A stretch of 64,000 nt of DNA from a bacterium (GTDB lineage Bacteria > Patescibacteriota > Minisyncoccia > UBA6257 > GWB1-50-10), in the NCBI GenBank assembly GCA_030647415.1, contig JAUSKB010000026.1, forward strand, positions 74,894 through 138,893. The letters are read 5' to 3'. Below the pieces are notes generated by a model that saw only the letters and a list, made by a program, of their open reading frames with translations, searched no databases and was not told the origin of the DNA. Below are positions 28,020-37,018 of the stretch, one piece after another. A program made the translations under genes and the position numbers. How positions within the stretch are numbered: position 1 is the first letter of the stretch; each line of letters opens with the position of its first letter.

Positions 28020-29324
28020 ATGAACCTCACAAAGAAACAGCTCATCATCCTCGGCGGTATCGTCCTTGTAGTCATCATTCTGGTGCTCATGGGGCTCGGT
28101 ATCATCCCGGGACTGAAGACTGGCCCGGTCACCATGAAACCGGTTTCGCTCACCGTATGGGGCGTAGAGGACGCCGTACAGGAGCTGCAACCCGCGGTGC
28201 AATCGTTCGCCAGGAACCACCCCGGTGCCACCGTCACCTACTGGCAGTTTACCGACACCGAGACGTACCACACCACCCTCCTCGAGGCGCTCGCCGCGGG
28301 CACGGGACCGGATATCTTCGCCATACGGAACACCGAGGTGATGCGCCATGCCTCGAAGCTCGTCGCAATGCCGAAAGAGCGGCTCTCGCTCCTCACTCTC
28401 CGAAACACGTTCGCCCCCGTGGTGGAGCGTGATTTTGTGGTAAACGGCGGGGTCGTTGCGCTGCCGCTTTCCATAGACACGCTCTCACTCATCTATAATC
28501 GGGACCACTTCAACGAGGCGGGCATCGTTTCTGCTCCCGCCACCTGGGACGACCTCGTCGCCATTGCGCCGCGGCTTTCGGTCGTTGACGACTCGCGCCG
28601 GGTCACTCGCGCTTCCATAGCGCTTGGCGGTTCGGGTAGTACCATACCGCGCGTCAGCGACATTATTTCGGCATTGATGCTTCAGGGTGGCATCGTACCC
28701 GTCGGGCCCGACTGGGGCGGCGCCGGTTTCGCAACCCGCGCAGGATATGACGCGGTGAACTTCTACCTGCAGTTTTCGAACACCGGAAGCCCGCTCTACA
28801 CCTGGAATGAGGGGATGCCGAATGCTGTGGATGCGTTCGCACAAGGACGGGTCGCTATGATTATCGACTACGCCCGCGCACTGCCGGACATCCGGGAGCG
28901 AAACCCGCTCATGAACTTCGCCGTCGCACCACTCCCCCAGCAGAAGGGGGCGGAGCGGTCAAAGACCATGGCCTCCTACTGGGGCTATACGGTTTCCCGC
29001 CAATCGAAGCAGGCCCGGCTCGCGTGGGACTTCATCGTGGAAACAGCAACGAACCCGCAGGTGGTCAGTGCATACTTGAATGCTTCAAAACGCCCGCCGG
29101 CGATACCGAAATTCATCGAAGCGTACCGCGACAATCCCAACCTCGCCGTATTCGCCCAGCAAACGCTCACCGCCGATTCCTGGCCGATGCCGAACCGGGA
29201 CCTGGTAGGGGGCATATTCTCCGACATGGTGACGACGGTGCTTGAGAATCGGGCGAGCGTCGAAACGGCCGTAGGCCGCGCGCAGAGCGATATTTCGCGA
29301 CTCATCGGGTCGCGGCCGCGGTAA
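28020..29324 (+). CDS. extracellular solute-binding protein (ABC transporter, family 1), membrane-anchored
   Basis: 434 aa; N-terminal TM anchor, SBP_bac_1-like fold; starts MNL, identical first 9 nt to the gene at 54068. Confidence 0.65.
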   Translation: MNLTKKQLIILGGIVLVVIILVLMGLGIIPGLKTGPVTMKPVSLTVWGVEDAVQELQPAVQSFARNHPGATVTYWQFTDTETYHTTLLEALAAGTGPDIFAIRNTEVMRHASKLVAMPKERLSLLTLRNTFAPVVERDFVVNGGVVALPLSIDTLSLIYNRDHFNEAGIVSAPATWDDLVAIAPRLSVVDDSRRVTRASIALGGSGSTIPRVSDIISALMLQGGIVPVGPDWGGAGFATRAGYDAVNFYLQFSNTGSPLYTWNEGMPNAVDAFAQGRVAMIIDYARALPDIRERNPLMNFAVAPLPQQKGAERSKTMASYWGYTVSRQSKQARLAWDFIVETATNPQVVSAYLNASKRPPAIPKFIEAYRDNPNLAVFAQQTLTADSWPMPNRDLVGGIFSDMVTTVLENRASVETAVGRAQSDISRLIGSRPR

Positions 29325-29333
29325 GCCATTGGG

Positions 29334-29861
29334 ATGTTATACTTACCATTGATGAAATCCTATTTTGCGGTCTCTCTGCTTTTAGTTGGACTGGCTATTG
29401 CCATACCCGTATTCGCCGGCGTCCAAACTGCTAACGCACAAGGGAGCTGCGGCGGCGTGGGGCAACGTTGCTGCCAACCTGCCGAAGCACCCCACCAGTG
29501 CATTACCGCTCTCGTTTGCAGTAACTTCACAAGCCCCATCTGCGAGACCGGAATATGCGCGTGCAGGGGAGTCGCGCCGCCCCCACCAAACCCGAGCACC
29601 ATCACACTCATAAACCCCCTAAGCGGCACGTCCGACGTGCGCGGTCTCATCGAGCGGTTTGTCACCATCCTCCGCGATTTTGCGACGCCCATTGCGGTCC
29701 TCATGATTCTCTTTGGGGCGTTCCGAATCCTCACTGCCGCTGGGGACCCCGCGAAGTTCGAGACGGGGAAAAAGATACTCCTGTACACCGCCATAGGGTA
29801 TGCTATAATCTTTGTCGGGTGGGGAATCACCTCGATTATCGAGAGTCTGCTCTCTTCGTGA
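29334..29861 (+). CDS. VirB2/TrbC-like pilin-type protein with an N-terminal 8-Cys domain
   Basis: Signal peptide, Cys-rich domain, then two hydrophobic helices separated by AAGDPAKFETGKK. Confidence 0.45.
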   Translation: MLYLPLMKSYFAVSLLLVGLAIAIPVFAGVQTANAQGSCGGVGQRCCQPAEAPHQCITALVCSNFTSPICETGICACRGVAPPPPNPSTITLINPLSGTSDVRGLIERFVTILRDFATPIAVLMILFGAFRILTAAGDPAKFETGKKILLYTAIGYAIIFVGWGITSIIESLLSS

Positions 29862-29916
29862 TGATTCCTTATCACACTGTAAAGGTCGGTTTTCCTTCAC
29901 GGTTCAATCCTATCAC

Positions 29917-30279
29917 ATGAAACTATCAACATTCGGAAAGTTTGCTGCCGGTATTGTCTTGGCATCCGCTATCGCGACTCCGTTTGCGGTGCTCGCGCAG
30001 CCGGATCCGACACTCACCGACTTCTCGCTCTCTGGTATTTCAGGCATTTCGAAGCTCGGTGGCAAGATTGGGGGCTGGATGCTCGGCATCCTCCTGGTCC
30101 TCGCGGTCATCTTCATCCTCGCCGCGGCGTTCCTCTACCTGACCTCCGGCGGCGACGAGGCAAAGGTGGGAAAGGCGAAGAGCTACATTATCTACGCCAT
30201 CGTCGCGGTCGTCGTGGGCATCCTCGCGAAAACCATCATCACACTCGTCCAGAGTCTTGTTAACACCGCCGGAACCTAA
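29917..30279 (+). CDS. VirB2/TrbC-like pilin-type protein (paralog 2)
   Basis: Signal peptide; helix-SGGDEAKVGKAK-helix architecture. Confidence 0.45.
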   Translation: MKLSTFGKFAAGIVLASAIATPFAVLAQPDPTLTDFSLSGISGISKLGGKIGGWMLGILLVLAVIFILAAAFLYLTSGGDEAKVGKAKSYIIYAIVAVVVGILAKTIITLVQSLVNTAGT

Positions 30280-30281
30280 TT

Positions 30282-30644
30282 TTGTTAAACCTGTTTAAGG
30301 CACTCGGACCTACCATGAGACATGCAGTTCTTCGTGCTTTCGTTGCCGCTGCGGGTTTTCTTCCCGCGGCGGTTGCGTATGCGCGGGACTACCCCACGAT
30401 AACCAATTACAGCGACCTCATCCGCGTTATAAACACCGCGGCGGATTGGCTCTTCGGAATACTGCTTTCACTCGCGGTCATCTTCGTCATCTTCGCCGCC
30501 TACCGATTCCTGAACGCCGCCGGCGATCCGAAGTCGCTTGAGACCGCAAAGATGACGATTCTGTACGCCATCGTCGCCGTGGTGGTCGCCGTTCTCGCAA
30601 AGACACTCATCGGACTGGTCGACTCATTCTTCTCGTCCGTATAA
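30282..30644 (+). CDS. VirB2/TrbC-like pilin-type protein (paralog 3)
   Basis: Helix-NAAGDPKSLETAKM-helix architecture. Confidence 0.45.
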   Translation: MLNLFKALGPTMRHAVLRAFVAAAGFLPAAVAYARDYPTITNYSDLIRVINTAADWLFGILLSLAVIFVIFAAYRFLNAAGDPKSLETAKMTILYAIVAVVVAVLAKTLIGLVDSFFSSV

Positions 30645-30761
30645 AAGGAGGGGGACGCAGAGGAAAAAGGGGGGTGAACCCTCCTTTTTCTTTTATCATC
30701 CCGTCAGAACGTTCCCGCGCCGCTTCCCCAAACGCCCTAAGTATGGCTGAATAGAGGCTGG

Positions 30762-32141
30762 ATGCATACTGATAACCGTAAACCGCTAACCCTGCTTGTC
30801 GCCCTCGTTGCGGCAACGACGGCGCTCCGACTCGTGAACCTTTCATACCCCGCGAGTCCCGTGTTCGACGAGGCACACTTCGCGACCTACGCGTCCAACT
30901 ACGCGGTCGGGCGGCCATTTTTCGACATCCACCCGCCACTCGGGAAGCTCCTCTATGCACTGCCACTCCTCGGCGCATCCCCAGAAGCGCGCGACATTGA
31001 ATTTATCCGTTTCGGCGTTCAACCCGGCGAACGGTTCACCACGCTTTCCACGAACCGGACCCAGTACGACGCGTTCCCGTACGTCTCGCTCCGGCTCCTT
31101 TCGGTACTCTTCGGCGCACTCCTCATCGTAGCCGTCTACGCCTTCCTCACCGCTCTCTCCGGCAGCCAGGTCGTCGGCCTCCTCGGCGCGCTCTTCGTCG
31201 CGCTCGACAGCGCCTTCGCGGTCGAGGCGCGCGGCATATTCTTGAACTCGCTCTTCCTCGCGCTCGGCTTCTTCGCGCTCGCGGCGGTCGCTCAGAACCG
31301 ACCGCGGCATCTCGCGGGCGGCGCGCTCCTGGGGCTCGCGCTTGCCGTGAAGCTCATCGCCATCGTCTTCGTGCCCGCCTTTATACTGCTCCTCTACGAC
31401 CCGCGGCGCGAGGCGGAGGACCGGGCGCAGGCGCGCCGCCGGGCCGAACGGGGGCTCGCCGCCACGTTCGTGGTACTTACCTGCTTCCTCGTGCTCCCGA
31501 ACAGCTTTATATTCTCCGCACGCGAGCGCCTGGACATCTACCGCGGCATCCCGGTGGCGACGACCACCCCGAGCCGCGCGATACTACTCGGCCGGGAAGC
31601 TATGGAGCGGGTTCCCGCCCTAAAGCACGTCGCGCTCTCCGCATTCGAGTTCGAGCTCTCGATCGCCGGGTACACCGTGGGGGCGCCACCACACACCTAC
31701 CAAAGCGCCTGGTACCGCTGGCCGTTTGCCGCAGGCCCCATGCCGTACTATCTCCAACGGGACCGTGAAGGCGAGGGGGTCATCGCGCTCGCAGGGAACC
31801 CCGCGGTCTGGGGGCTCGCGCTAGGCCTCATGCTCGCGTCGGTTGCGCTCATGCGCCGCTTCCGGGACGATATTGAAAAGGGGTGGCCGCTTTTCGTGCT
31901 CATCGTGGGGTACCTTTCCTCGCTCCTGCCCTTTGCCCTCATCGCCCGTTCAACTTTCATGTACCACTACTTCCCCGCCCTCCTTTTTTCCATCGGTATT
32001 GCCGCGCTCTTCCTCAAGGACTTCTTCGACCGGGTGGACCCCCGAACCGCGCGCGCGGTCGGGCTCATCCTCGTCATCGCCCTCCTCGCGGGCTTCTGGC
32101 TCATATTGCCCTACACGCTGGGGCTGGCGTCGTTTGCATAA
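30762..32141 (+). CDS. dolichyl-phosphate-mannose-protein mannosyltransferase (PMT, GT39)
   Basis: 459 aa; FDEAHFATYA and HPPLGKLL motifs; multiple TM segments. Confidence 0.8.
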   Translation: MHTDNRKPLTLLVALVAATTALRLVNLSYPASPVFDEAHFATYASNYAVGRPFFDIHPPLGKLLYALPLLGASPEARDIEFIRFGVQPGERFTTLSTNRTQYDAFPYVSLRLLSVLFGALLIVAVYAFLTALSGSQVVGLLGALFVALDSAFAVEARGIFLNSLFLALGFFALAAVAQNRPRHLAGGALLGLALAVKLIAIVFVPAFILLLYDPRREAEDRAQARRRAERGLAATFVVLTCFLVLPNSFIFSARERLDIYRGIPVATTTPSRAILLGREAMERVPALKHVALSAFEFELSIAGYTVGAPPHTYQSAWYRWPFAAGPMPYYLQRDREGEGVIALAGNPAVWGLALGLMLASVALMRRFRDDIEKGWPLFVLIVGYLSSLLPFALIARSTFMYHYFPALLFSIGIAALFLKDFFDRVDPRTARAVGLILVIALLAGFWLILPYTLGLASFA

Positions 32142-32154
32142 GAAAAAGGATTTA

Positions 32155-32255
32155 CCCTGTTAGAGTTTTACAAACACTTTAGTTATATGCATTTGGTTGG
32201 TACCGCATACCACCGGTATCAAGCATAGTAGTGTGCGTGTAAAACTCTAACAGGG
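32155..32255. repeat. Family A palindromic element, copy A6
   Basis: TAAGAAAAAGGATTTACCCTGTTAGAGTTTTACAAACAC ... GTGTGCGTGTAAAACTCTAACAGGGTAAAAGAAAAAGGAGGG. Confidence 0.85.
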
Positions 32256-32277
32256 TAAAAGAAAAAGGAGGGATTTA

Positions 32278-32379
32278 CCCTGTTAGAAATTTACATACAC
32301 CCATACCACATGATGTCGTCTGTCTCCTGAAACTGCACCGTATTCATGAATACGGTGTGCGTGTAAATTTCTAATAGGG
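32278..32379. repeat. Family A palindromic element, copy A7 (tandem with A6)
   Basis: CCCTGTTAGAAATTTACATACAC ... GTGTGCGTGTAAATTTCTAATAGGG. Confidence 0.85.
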
Positions 32380-32446
32380 AAGCAAAAGCCCCGCTCTGGT
32401 TTTCCAGAAACGGGGCTACAACTTTGCCTGCTTCAGCACAAGATAC

Positions 32447-33442
32447 TTATTTCTTGTGCACCCATACGCTTACGCGCACGGGATTTGTATCGCCGGTCAG
32501 CCGCTTGAGCCGAAGCGGCTGGGTTTGCTCAGCCTGCTTCAGCATCGCCAAGCTGTAAAACCCGCGCGCGCCGGTCACACGGTCGCGATAGTCATCCCCA
32601 CTCTTGGTTTTGACTACCACCTCGAACGAGACTGGGCTCTCCACCTCGAGGTAATGGAGAGTGTCGAGTCCTATCGTCGTTGTTACCACGCTGTCGCTCG
32701 TGAGAACGACGGTGGTTTCCCGCGCCGCAGGCAAATACATCCCAGGCCGCGCGCCGTCGACCCTCGCGAGGTCGCCGACATGCTCTTCCGGCACACCGGC
32801 ACTGGAACCGATGCCCGCAGCTGACACTGGCTGCTCGGTTTTTCCCCACCGTAGCAATCTGGCCATCCAGTCGCCGAGCGATGAGAATCCATCGCCCGCC
32901 GCCTCCCTCACCTGCGGGAAGAGAAGTAGGAACAGACTAAATCCAATCACCCACTTCATTTTCCCATATAATGCTTTCGCATTTTTTATGAGGTCTTCTT
33001 TCAAGAAAAAGACTCGCGACAGGAGAAACATAACGATTATTGCCAAAACAATGGCCGTAAGAAGCACCTGATCCGTTACCGGCTGGTGATCGCGCATTGC
33101 GATAACCATACCGATGAACGAAATGCCAACCGCGAGGGCCATATTAGCCCCCAAGAGGAAAAAGAAATTCCGCCAGAACTTCCCTCCATCGGTCATCTCG
33201 ATGAGGATGTAGAGCGCTGGGTACCGGAACTTCCAAATGAGGATATACGCGATAAGACACAGGACCACGATTGCGATCGTCCCCATTCCAACGGTGACCC
33301 CGTTGAGAAGCAGTACCAGCTGAACCAGAGGGAATCCAACAATCAGAATGAGCGCGACGCGCACCCACCAGTTGCCAGTATCCCACACATCTATAACCCA
33401 CTGCCACACCCCGCCGAAAAACCCCGAAAGTGCTGGATTCAT
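32447..33442 (-). CDS. hypothetical polytopic membrane protein
   Basis: 331 aa with multiple hydrophobic helices. Confidence 0.5.
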   Translation of the reverse strand: MNPALSGFFGGVWQWVIDVWDTGNWWVRVALILIVGFPLVQLVLLLNGVTVGMGTIAIVVLCLIAYILIWKFRYPALYILIEMTDGGKFWRNFFFLLGANMALAVGISFIGMVIAMRDHQPVTDQVLLTAIVLAIIVMFLLSRVFFLKEDLIKNAKALYGKMKWVIGFSLFLLLFPQVREAAGDGFSSLGDWMARLLRWGKTEQPVSAAGIGSSAGVPEEHVGDLARVDGARPGMYLPAARETTVVLTSDSVVTTTIGLDTLHYLEVESPVSFEVVVKTKSGDDYRDRVTGARGFYSLAMLKQAEQTQPLRLKRLTGDTNPVRVSVWVHKK

Positions 33443-34404
33443 GGTAAATCTCCTTCCCCAAATTTTTTCATGAGCTCGTCCCGGTATCTCCGGGCGCGCT
33501 CCTCTTCCGTTTCGAAGAGTCGTCCAATGGTTCTTCTGATAAAGCCGCCGCGAGCCGCTTTCACAGCATCCCGCTCGGCACGCTCGCTTTCTCTCCGGGT
33601 GCGCATTTCTTTTCGGATTTCTGCCGCGCGCGCCTGAAACTCCGCCCTCTTCTCGAGACGCTGGAGTTTCTTTTCCTCCCGCTCCTCTTCGGCCCTCCCC
33701 ATGTACTTCTTCCTACCCCATGGGTCCCGGACCCACTCTTGCCGTTCGCGAGCCGCTTTCATGCTCGTGGTCCGATTGTTCCACTTTTTCTCCTCCTCGG
33801 GAGTAATGGTGGTCCAATCCTTCCAGACCTCTCCGAGTTTTTGTCGGAGCTCGGTAAACCATTCGCCGAATGATTGAAACTTTTCGGTCTTTTCCCCCTC
33901 ACTGGGGGAGGTTTCCCTTTCGTCCTTCCCGACAACTTTTTCCTTGAAGAGTGCGGCGAGCACGTCCGCGAACTCCACCTCGAGCATCACCTGCTTGATG
34001 ATCTCGGCGGTATCATCCGCATTCTTTGCTTTCGAAAACCGGCCGATGAGTTCCTTTTTGTACTCATTCGACCAGACATCAAAAAGCTTCTGTGTTTGAT
34101 CCTTGGGAAGCTCCGCGCTCGTGTGCGGATTGTCGTGCCCGAGCTTGCCGCTCAGGAAGTCCCCAAAATCGGTCATCTTTTCGACGACCGGACCGAGGTA
34201 TGGTCCCATGAACTTCGCAAACGACTCGACAACTCCCTTCGTCACTGCAAAGATCGTACGGAACTCTTTGGTCCGAAGAAAGCTGTCTGGGCGAATTCTT
34301 TTCTCGACCACATCAGCAAGGTTGTCGAGAGTCTCATCGGTGAGACCAAGACCACCGCTTACAAGGGCGTCTTTGATTACCGCTTTTGCATCTATGGTGG
34401 CCAT
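33439..34404 (-). CDS. hypothetical charged (coiled-coil-like) protein
   Basis: 321 aa; K/E/R-rich C-terminal half. Confidence 0.45.
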   Translation of the reverse strand: MATIDAKAVIKDALVSGGLGLTDETLDNLADVVEKRIRPDSFLRTKEFRTIFAVTKGVVESFAKFMGPYLGPVVEKMTDFGDFLSGKLGHDNPHTSAELPKDQTQKLFDVWSNEYKKELIGRFSKAKNADDTAEIIKQVMLEVEFADVLAALFKEKVVGKDERETSPSEGEKTEKFQSFGEWFTELRQKLGEVWKDWTTITPEEEKKWNNRTTSMKAARERQEWVRDPWGRKKYMGRAEEEREEKKLQRLEKRAEFQARAAEIRKEMRTRRESERAERDAVKAARGGFIRRTIGRLFETEEERARRYRDELMKKFGEGDLP

Positions 34405-34715
34405 AGTGGCCTCCTTTCATTTTTGTGATTATTGAGTTGTGTATATTCTGGCGCAATTATAGCAGTTTTGTATAAAATTGTCAAATGCGCCGGTTTGTGG
34501 TGCAATCACTGGAGCAAGGCCCCCTTCGTACCTGCATTTCTAGCCTCTGGGCGGTAGGGGGCGCCGGATACCCCTGGCGTACTCCGTTTCACACCCGTAC
34601 CCCGTTCGCCGCCAATCAACCCGGCGACCCCACCCTAGTTCGTTTCCCACCTCCGCCGTCCGCCGCACCCGCCCCCGCCATGCAGTCAGCCTATTCCCGC
34701 GGCGTGCGTTTCAGT

Positions 34716-34758
34716 TGCTAAAATAACTCGACGGCCGTTCTGTTATTTTAGCAGTACT
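34716..34758. repeat. hairpin repeat GTTGCTAAAATAAC-TCGACGGCCGTTC-TGTTATTTTAGCAG (copy 1)
   Basis: 11-bp stem; an inverted-orientation copy lies at 35468-35515; the pair flanks the Cas2-like gene. Confidence 0.75.
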
Positions 34759-34836
34759 CCAAACACGATATCATACACATATACGCAAAAAACGCGGCGG
34801 CGGGTTGTCGGCGATGATGCGGATGCCGCAATTGGG

Positions 34837-35463
34837 CTAGACAAGACTCCGGAGTGTGCCGCGTTCGGTCACTGAAAAAATCTGGATGTGTGGAATAAGC
34901 CCAAGTTCGGCCACGTTATCAAGGAGCACCTGCGGGATGACCACTTTCCCGACAAAAACACTCTGCTGCACCTTATGAAAACCGAGCTGTATGAGCACCG
35001 CCCGAAGCCAGTCACGCTTCCGGCGCTCCCGTTCCGGAACATCGAATGCGACGATAACAACCTTCTTCGATGGCTCCCCACGGTACCGGTCCGGGGCATA
35101 GGAAACGGCGAGATTACTACGAAACTCAACCAAACGCTCGAGGCCAAATTTGGTGAGTATGAGCTTCGCCGCGCCGCCGGAAACACGGGTTTCGGCGACA
35201 AGCCCCGTCTTTTTGAGGTGGGTGAGCATACTCCAGTACCGTTGCCACTCGCGGCTCGATTCTTTCGCGAGTTCGCGGTCTCTGACAAGCTCTCCGCGAA
35301 CCCGCTCGAACGATCCGCGCGATGCGCCGCAGGGGAGCACGAGCATCGCGATGCCGAGGTCCATGACACTTAATGCCGCGCCTTCGAGCGCTTCAAGGAT
35401 CGCCTTTGTCTTTGCACCACGCACCACCCGCTGTTCCGGCACTCTTTTCTTCTTTGGCGCCAT
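34837..35463 (-). CDS. winged-HTH + Cas2-like (VapD/Cas2-fold) domain protein
   Basis: 208 aa; the C-terminal VVIVAFDVPERERRKRDWLRAVLIQLGFHKVQQSVFVGKV matches the Cas2 core pattern (YDV..RRLRKV....G.RVQ.SVF); there is no cas1 and no array. Confidence 0.45.
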   Translation of the reverse strand: MAPKKKRVPEQRVVRGAKTKAILEALEGAALSVMDLGIAMLVLPCGASRGSFERVRGELVRDRELAKESSREWQRYWSMLTHLKKTGLVAETRVSGGAAKLILTKFGLERLVEFRSNLAVSYAPDRYRGEPSKKVVIVAFDVPERERRKRDWLRAVLIQLGFHKVQQSVFVGKVVIPQVLLDNVAELGLIPHIQIFSVTERGTLRSLV

Positions 35464-35467
35464 CTTC

Positions 35468-35515
35468 TTAGTATACTCCGCTGCTAAAATTATCCAACGG
35501 CCGTTCGGTTATTTT
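35468..35515. repeat. hairpin repeat GCTGCTAAAATTATCCAACGGCCGTTCGGTTATTTTAGCAAC (copy 2, inverted relative to copy 1)
   Basis: Near-exact reverse complement of the repeat at 34716-34758. Confidence 0.75.
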
Positions 35516-35707
35516 AGCAACTGTCATACTCACCCCTCCGTGTGGTTTCGCGGAGTGTGTATGTAGTGTGCGGCCTCGTGCACCCGGCGCGGTGGTTTCC
35601 GCTTTGACCACAGGGTATGCTGAACTTCAGGCGATACAATGCCCGAGTGGTGAAACTAGCATTCACCCCGCGTCATTTCTACGCTAGACTAATTGTGTAT
35701 AAAGGGG

Positions 35708-35792
35708 GGGCGAGTGGCGGAACTGGCAGACGCGCACGGTTTAGGGCCGTGTTCCGAAAGGAGTGTGGGTTCGACCCCCACCTCGCCCACCA
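35708..35792 (+). tRNA. tRNA-Leu (anticodon UAG), class II with long variable arm, CCA encoded
   Basis: GGGCGAG TG GCG GAACTGGCAGA CGC G CACGG TTTAGGG CCGTG (variable arm) GTGGG TTCGACC CCCAC CTCGCCC A CCA. Confidence 0.85.
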
Positions 35793-35830
35793 ATACATTA
35801 CATTCCCCCTGTTAGCACTCGGTTGAGTAT

Positions 35831-37018
35831 ATGAAAAATGTTTTTATCAAAAAGACATGCGGTGCTCTCCTCGCGCTCATCGCACTGGGGGCCGCACTTC
35901 TTCTTATTAAAAATAGTTTGAATAATCCATGGGAGCAGTTCTCGCTCCAAACACGGAGCTTCCTTGAGGGGCACCTTTACATCCCGCCGCAATCGTTTGA
36001 TACTGCCGTTCATGATGGCAGACACTACTGGCCACAGGGACCATTTCCCTCAATCACGCTCATCCCCGGCCAACTTATTTTCGGACCAGAATTCACTCAA
36101 GGAGCGATGCAGGGTGTACTTGTTGTCATCCTCGCAACGCTCCTCTACAAACTCACACGTCTCAAACACTACAGCCGTGAGAGTGCGGTCTATCTCGCCG
36201 CCGCTTTTCTCCTTAGCTCGCCCGCAGTGGGCGTCATCGTTCACCCAGGGAGCTGGTACTTTTCCCAGGTGGTGACACTCACCCTTCTTGTTGCCCTCCT
36301 CTTTGAGTGGGAAATGAAACGCCGCCCGCTCCTTATGGGATTGCTCGTCGCCGCACTCATTGCAACCCGCCCGACAGCTGCCTTCTTCGGTCTTATTATT
36401 GTCTTCGCGCTCATCTCAAAAAAACATGCGGAGCGCGTGCTGACAGTACGCACGTTCGCTTCGTTTCTCATTCCGATTTTAATCACTGCCGCCACCCTGC
36501 TGTGGCTGAACTATGCCCGTTTCGGAAATCCGTTTGATAACGGATATGCAACAAATCACCTTGGCTCACCGCTCCTTGAGAACATGCGGACGGATGGCGT
36601 CTTTAATATACTATACATACCACGCAATATATTCTTTTACTTTTTCATGCCGTTTTTCAATACAGGTGAAGCCGGTTCGCCGCTCACGTTTCCATTCGTC
36701 ACATACAGTTCGTGGGGATTGAGTTTTTTTATTGTTGCCCCATTCTTCCTCTATGCGGCGAAATCGCTCCGATTACAGGAGCCGTTTATAAAACAACTCT
36801 GGCTCACCGTCGCGCTTACCCTTCTCGTTCTTTTGAGTTTCGCATTCCCCGGTGCCGCGCAATTCGGCCCACGGTACATACTTGATCTCGTTCCGCTTCT
36901 GTATCTTCTCATACTCTATGGGCTCACTCCGCCCGACCTCACGCGCACGCATCAGTTTATTATCCTCACAAGCGGTCTTTTTAATGTCTATTTATTAGCT
37001 ACGTCGCCGTTTGCGTAA
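35831..37018 (+). CDS. polytopic membrane glycosyltransferase (ArnT/PMT_2-like, GT-C fold)
   Basis: 395 aa; at least 9 TM helices; architecture of undecaprenyl/dolichyl-phosphate sugar transferases. Confidence 0.55.
   Translation: MKNVFIKKTCGALLALIALGAALLLIKNSLNNPWEQFSLQTRSFLEGHLYIPPQSFDTAVHDGRHYWPQGPFPSITLIPGQLIFGPEFTQGAMQGVLVVILATLLYKLTRLKHYSRESAVYLAAAFLLSSPAVGVIVHPGSWYFSQVVTLTLLVALLFEWEMKRRPLLMGLLVAALIATRPTAAFFGLIIVFALISKKHAERVLTVRTFASFLIPILITAATLLWLNYARFGNPFDNGYATNHLGSPLLENMRTDGVFNILYIPRNIFFYFFMPFFNTGEAGSPLTFPFVTYSSWGLSFFIVAPFFLYAAKSLRLQEPFIKQLWLTVALTLLVLLSFAFPGAAQFGPRYILDLVPLLYLLILYGLTPPDLTRTHQFIILTSGLFNVYLLATSPFA

Noticed and set aside
34440-34720. GC-rich 280-bp noncoding stretch checked as a possible RNase P, SRP or tmRNA gene
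   Set aside because: None of the universally conserved motifs (for example the P4 AAAGUCCGG) could be found by eye, so it is left unassigned.
34716-35515. Possible CRISPR array: Cas2-like gene with about 42-bp repeats
   Set aside because: There are only two repeat copies, they are in inverted (not direct) orientation and 750 bp apart, there are no spacers, and no cas1 or other cas genes are present. It is not a CRISPR array.
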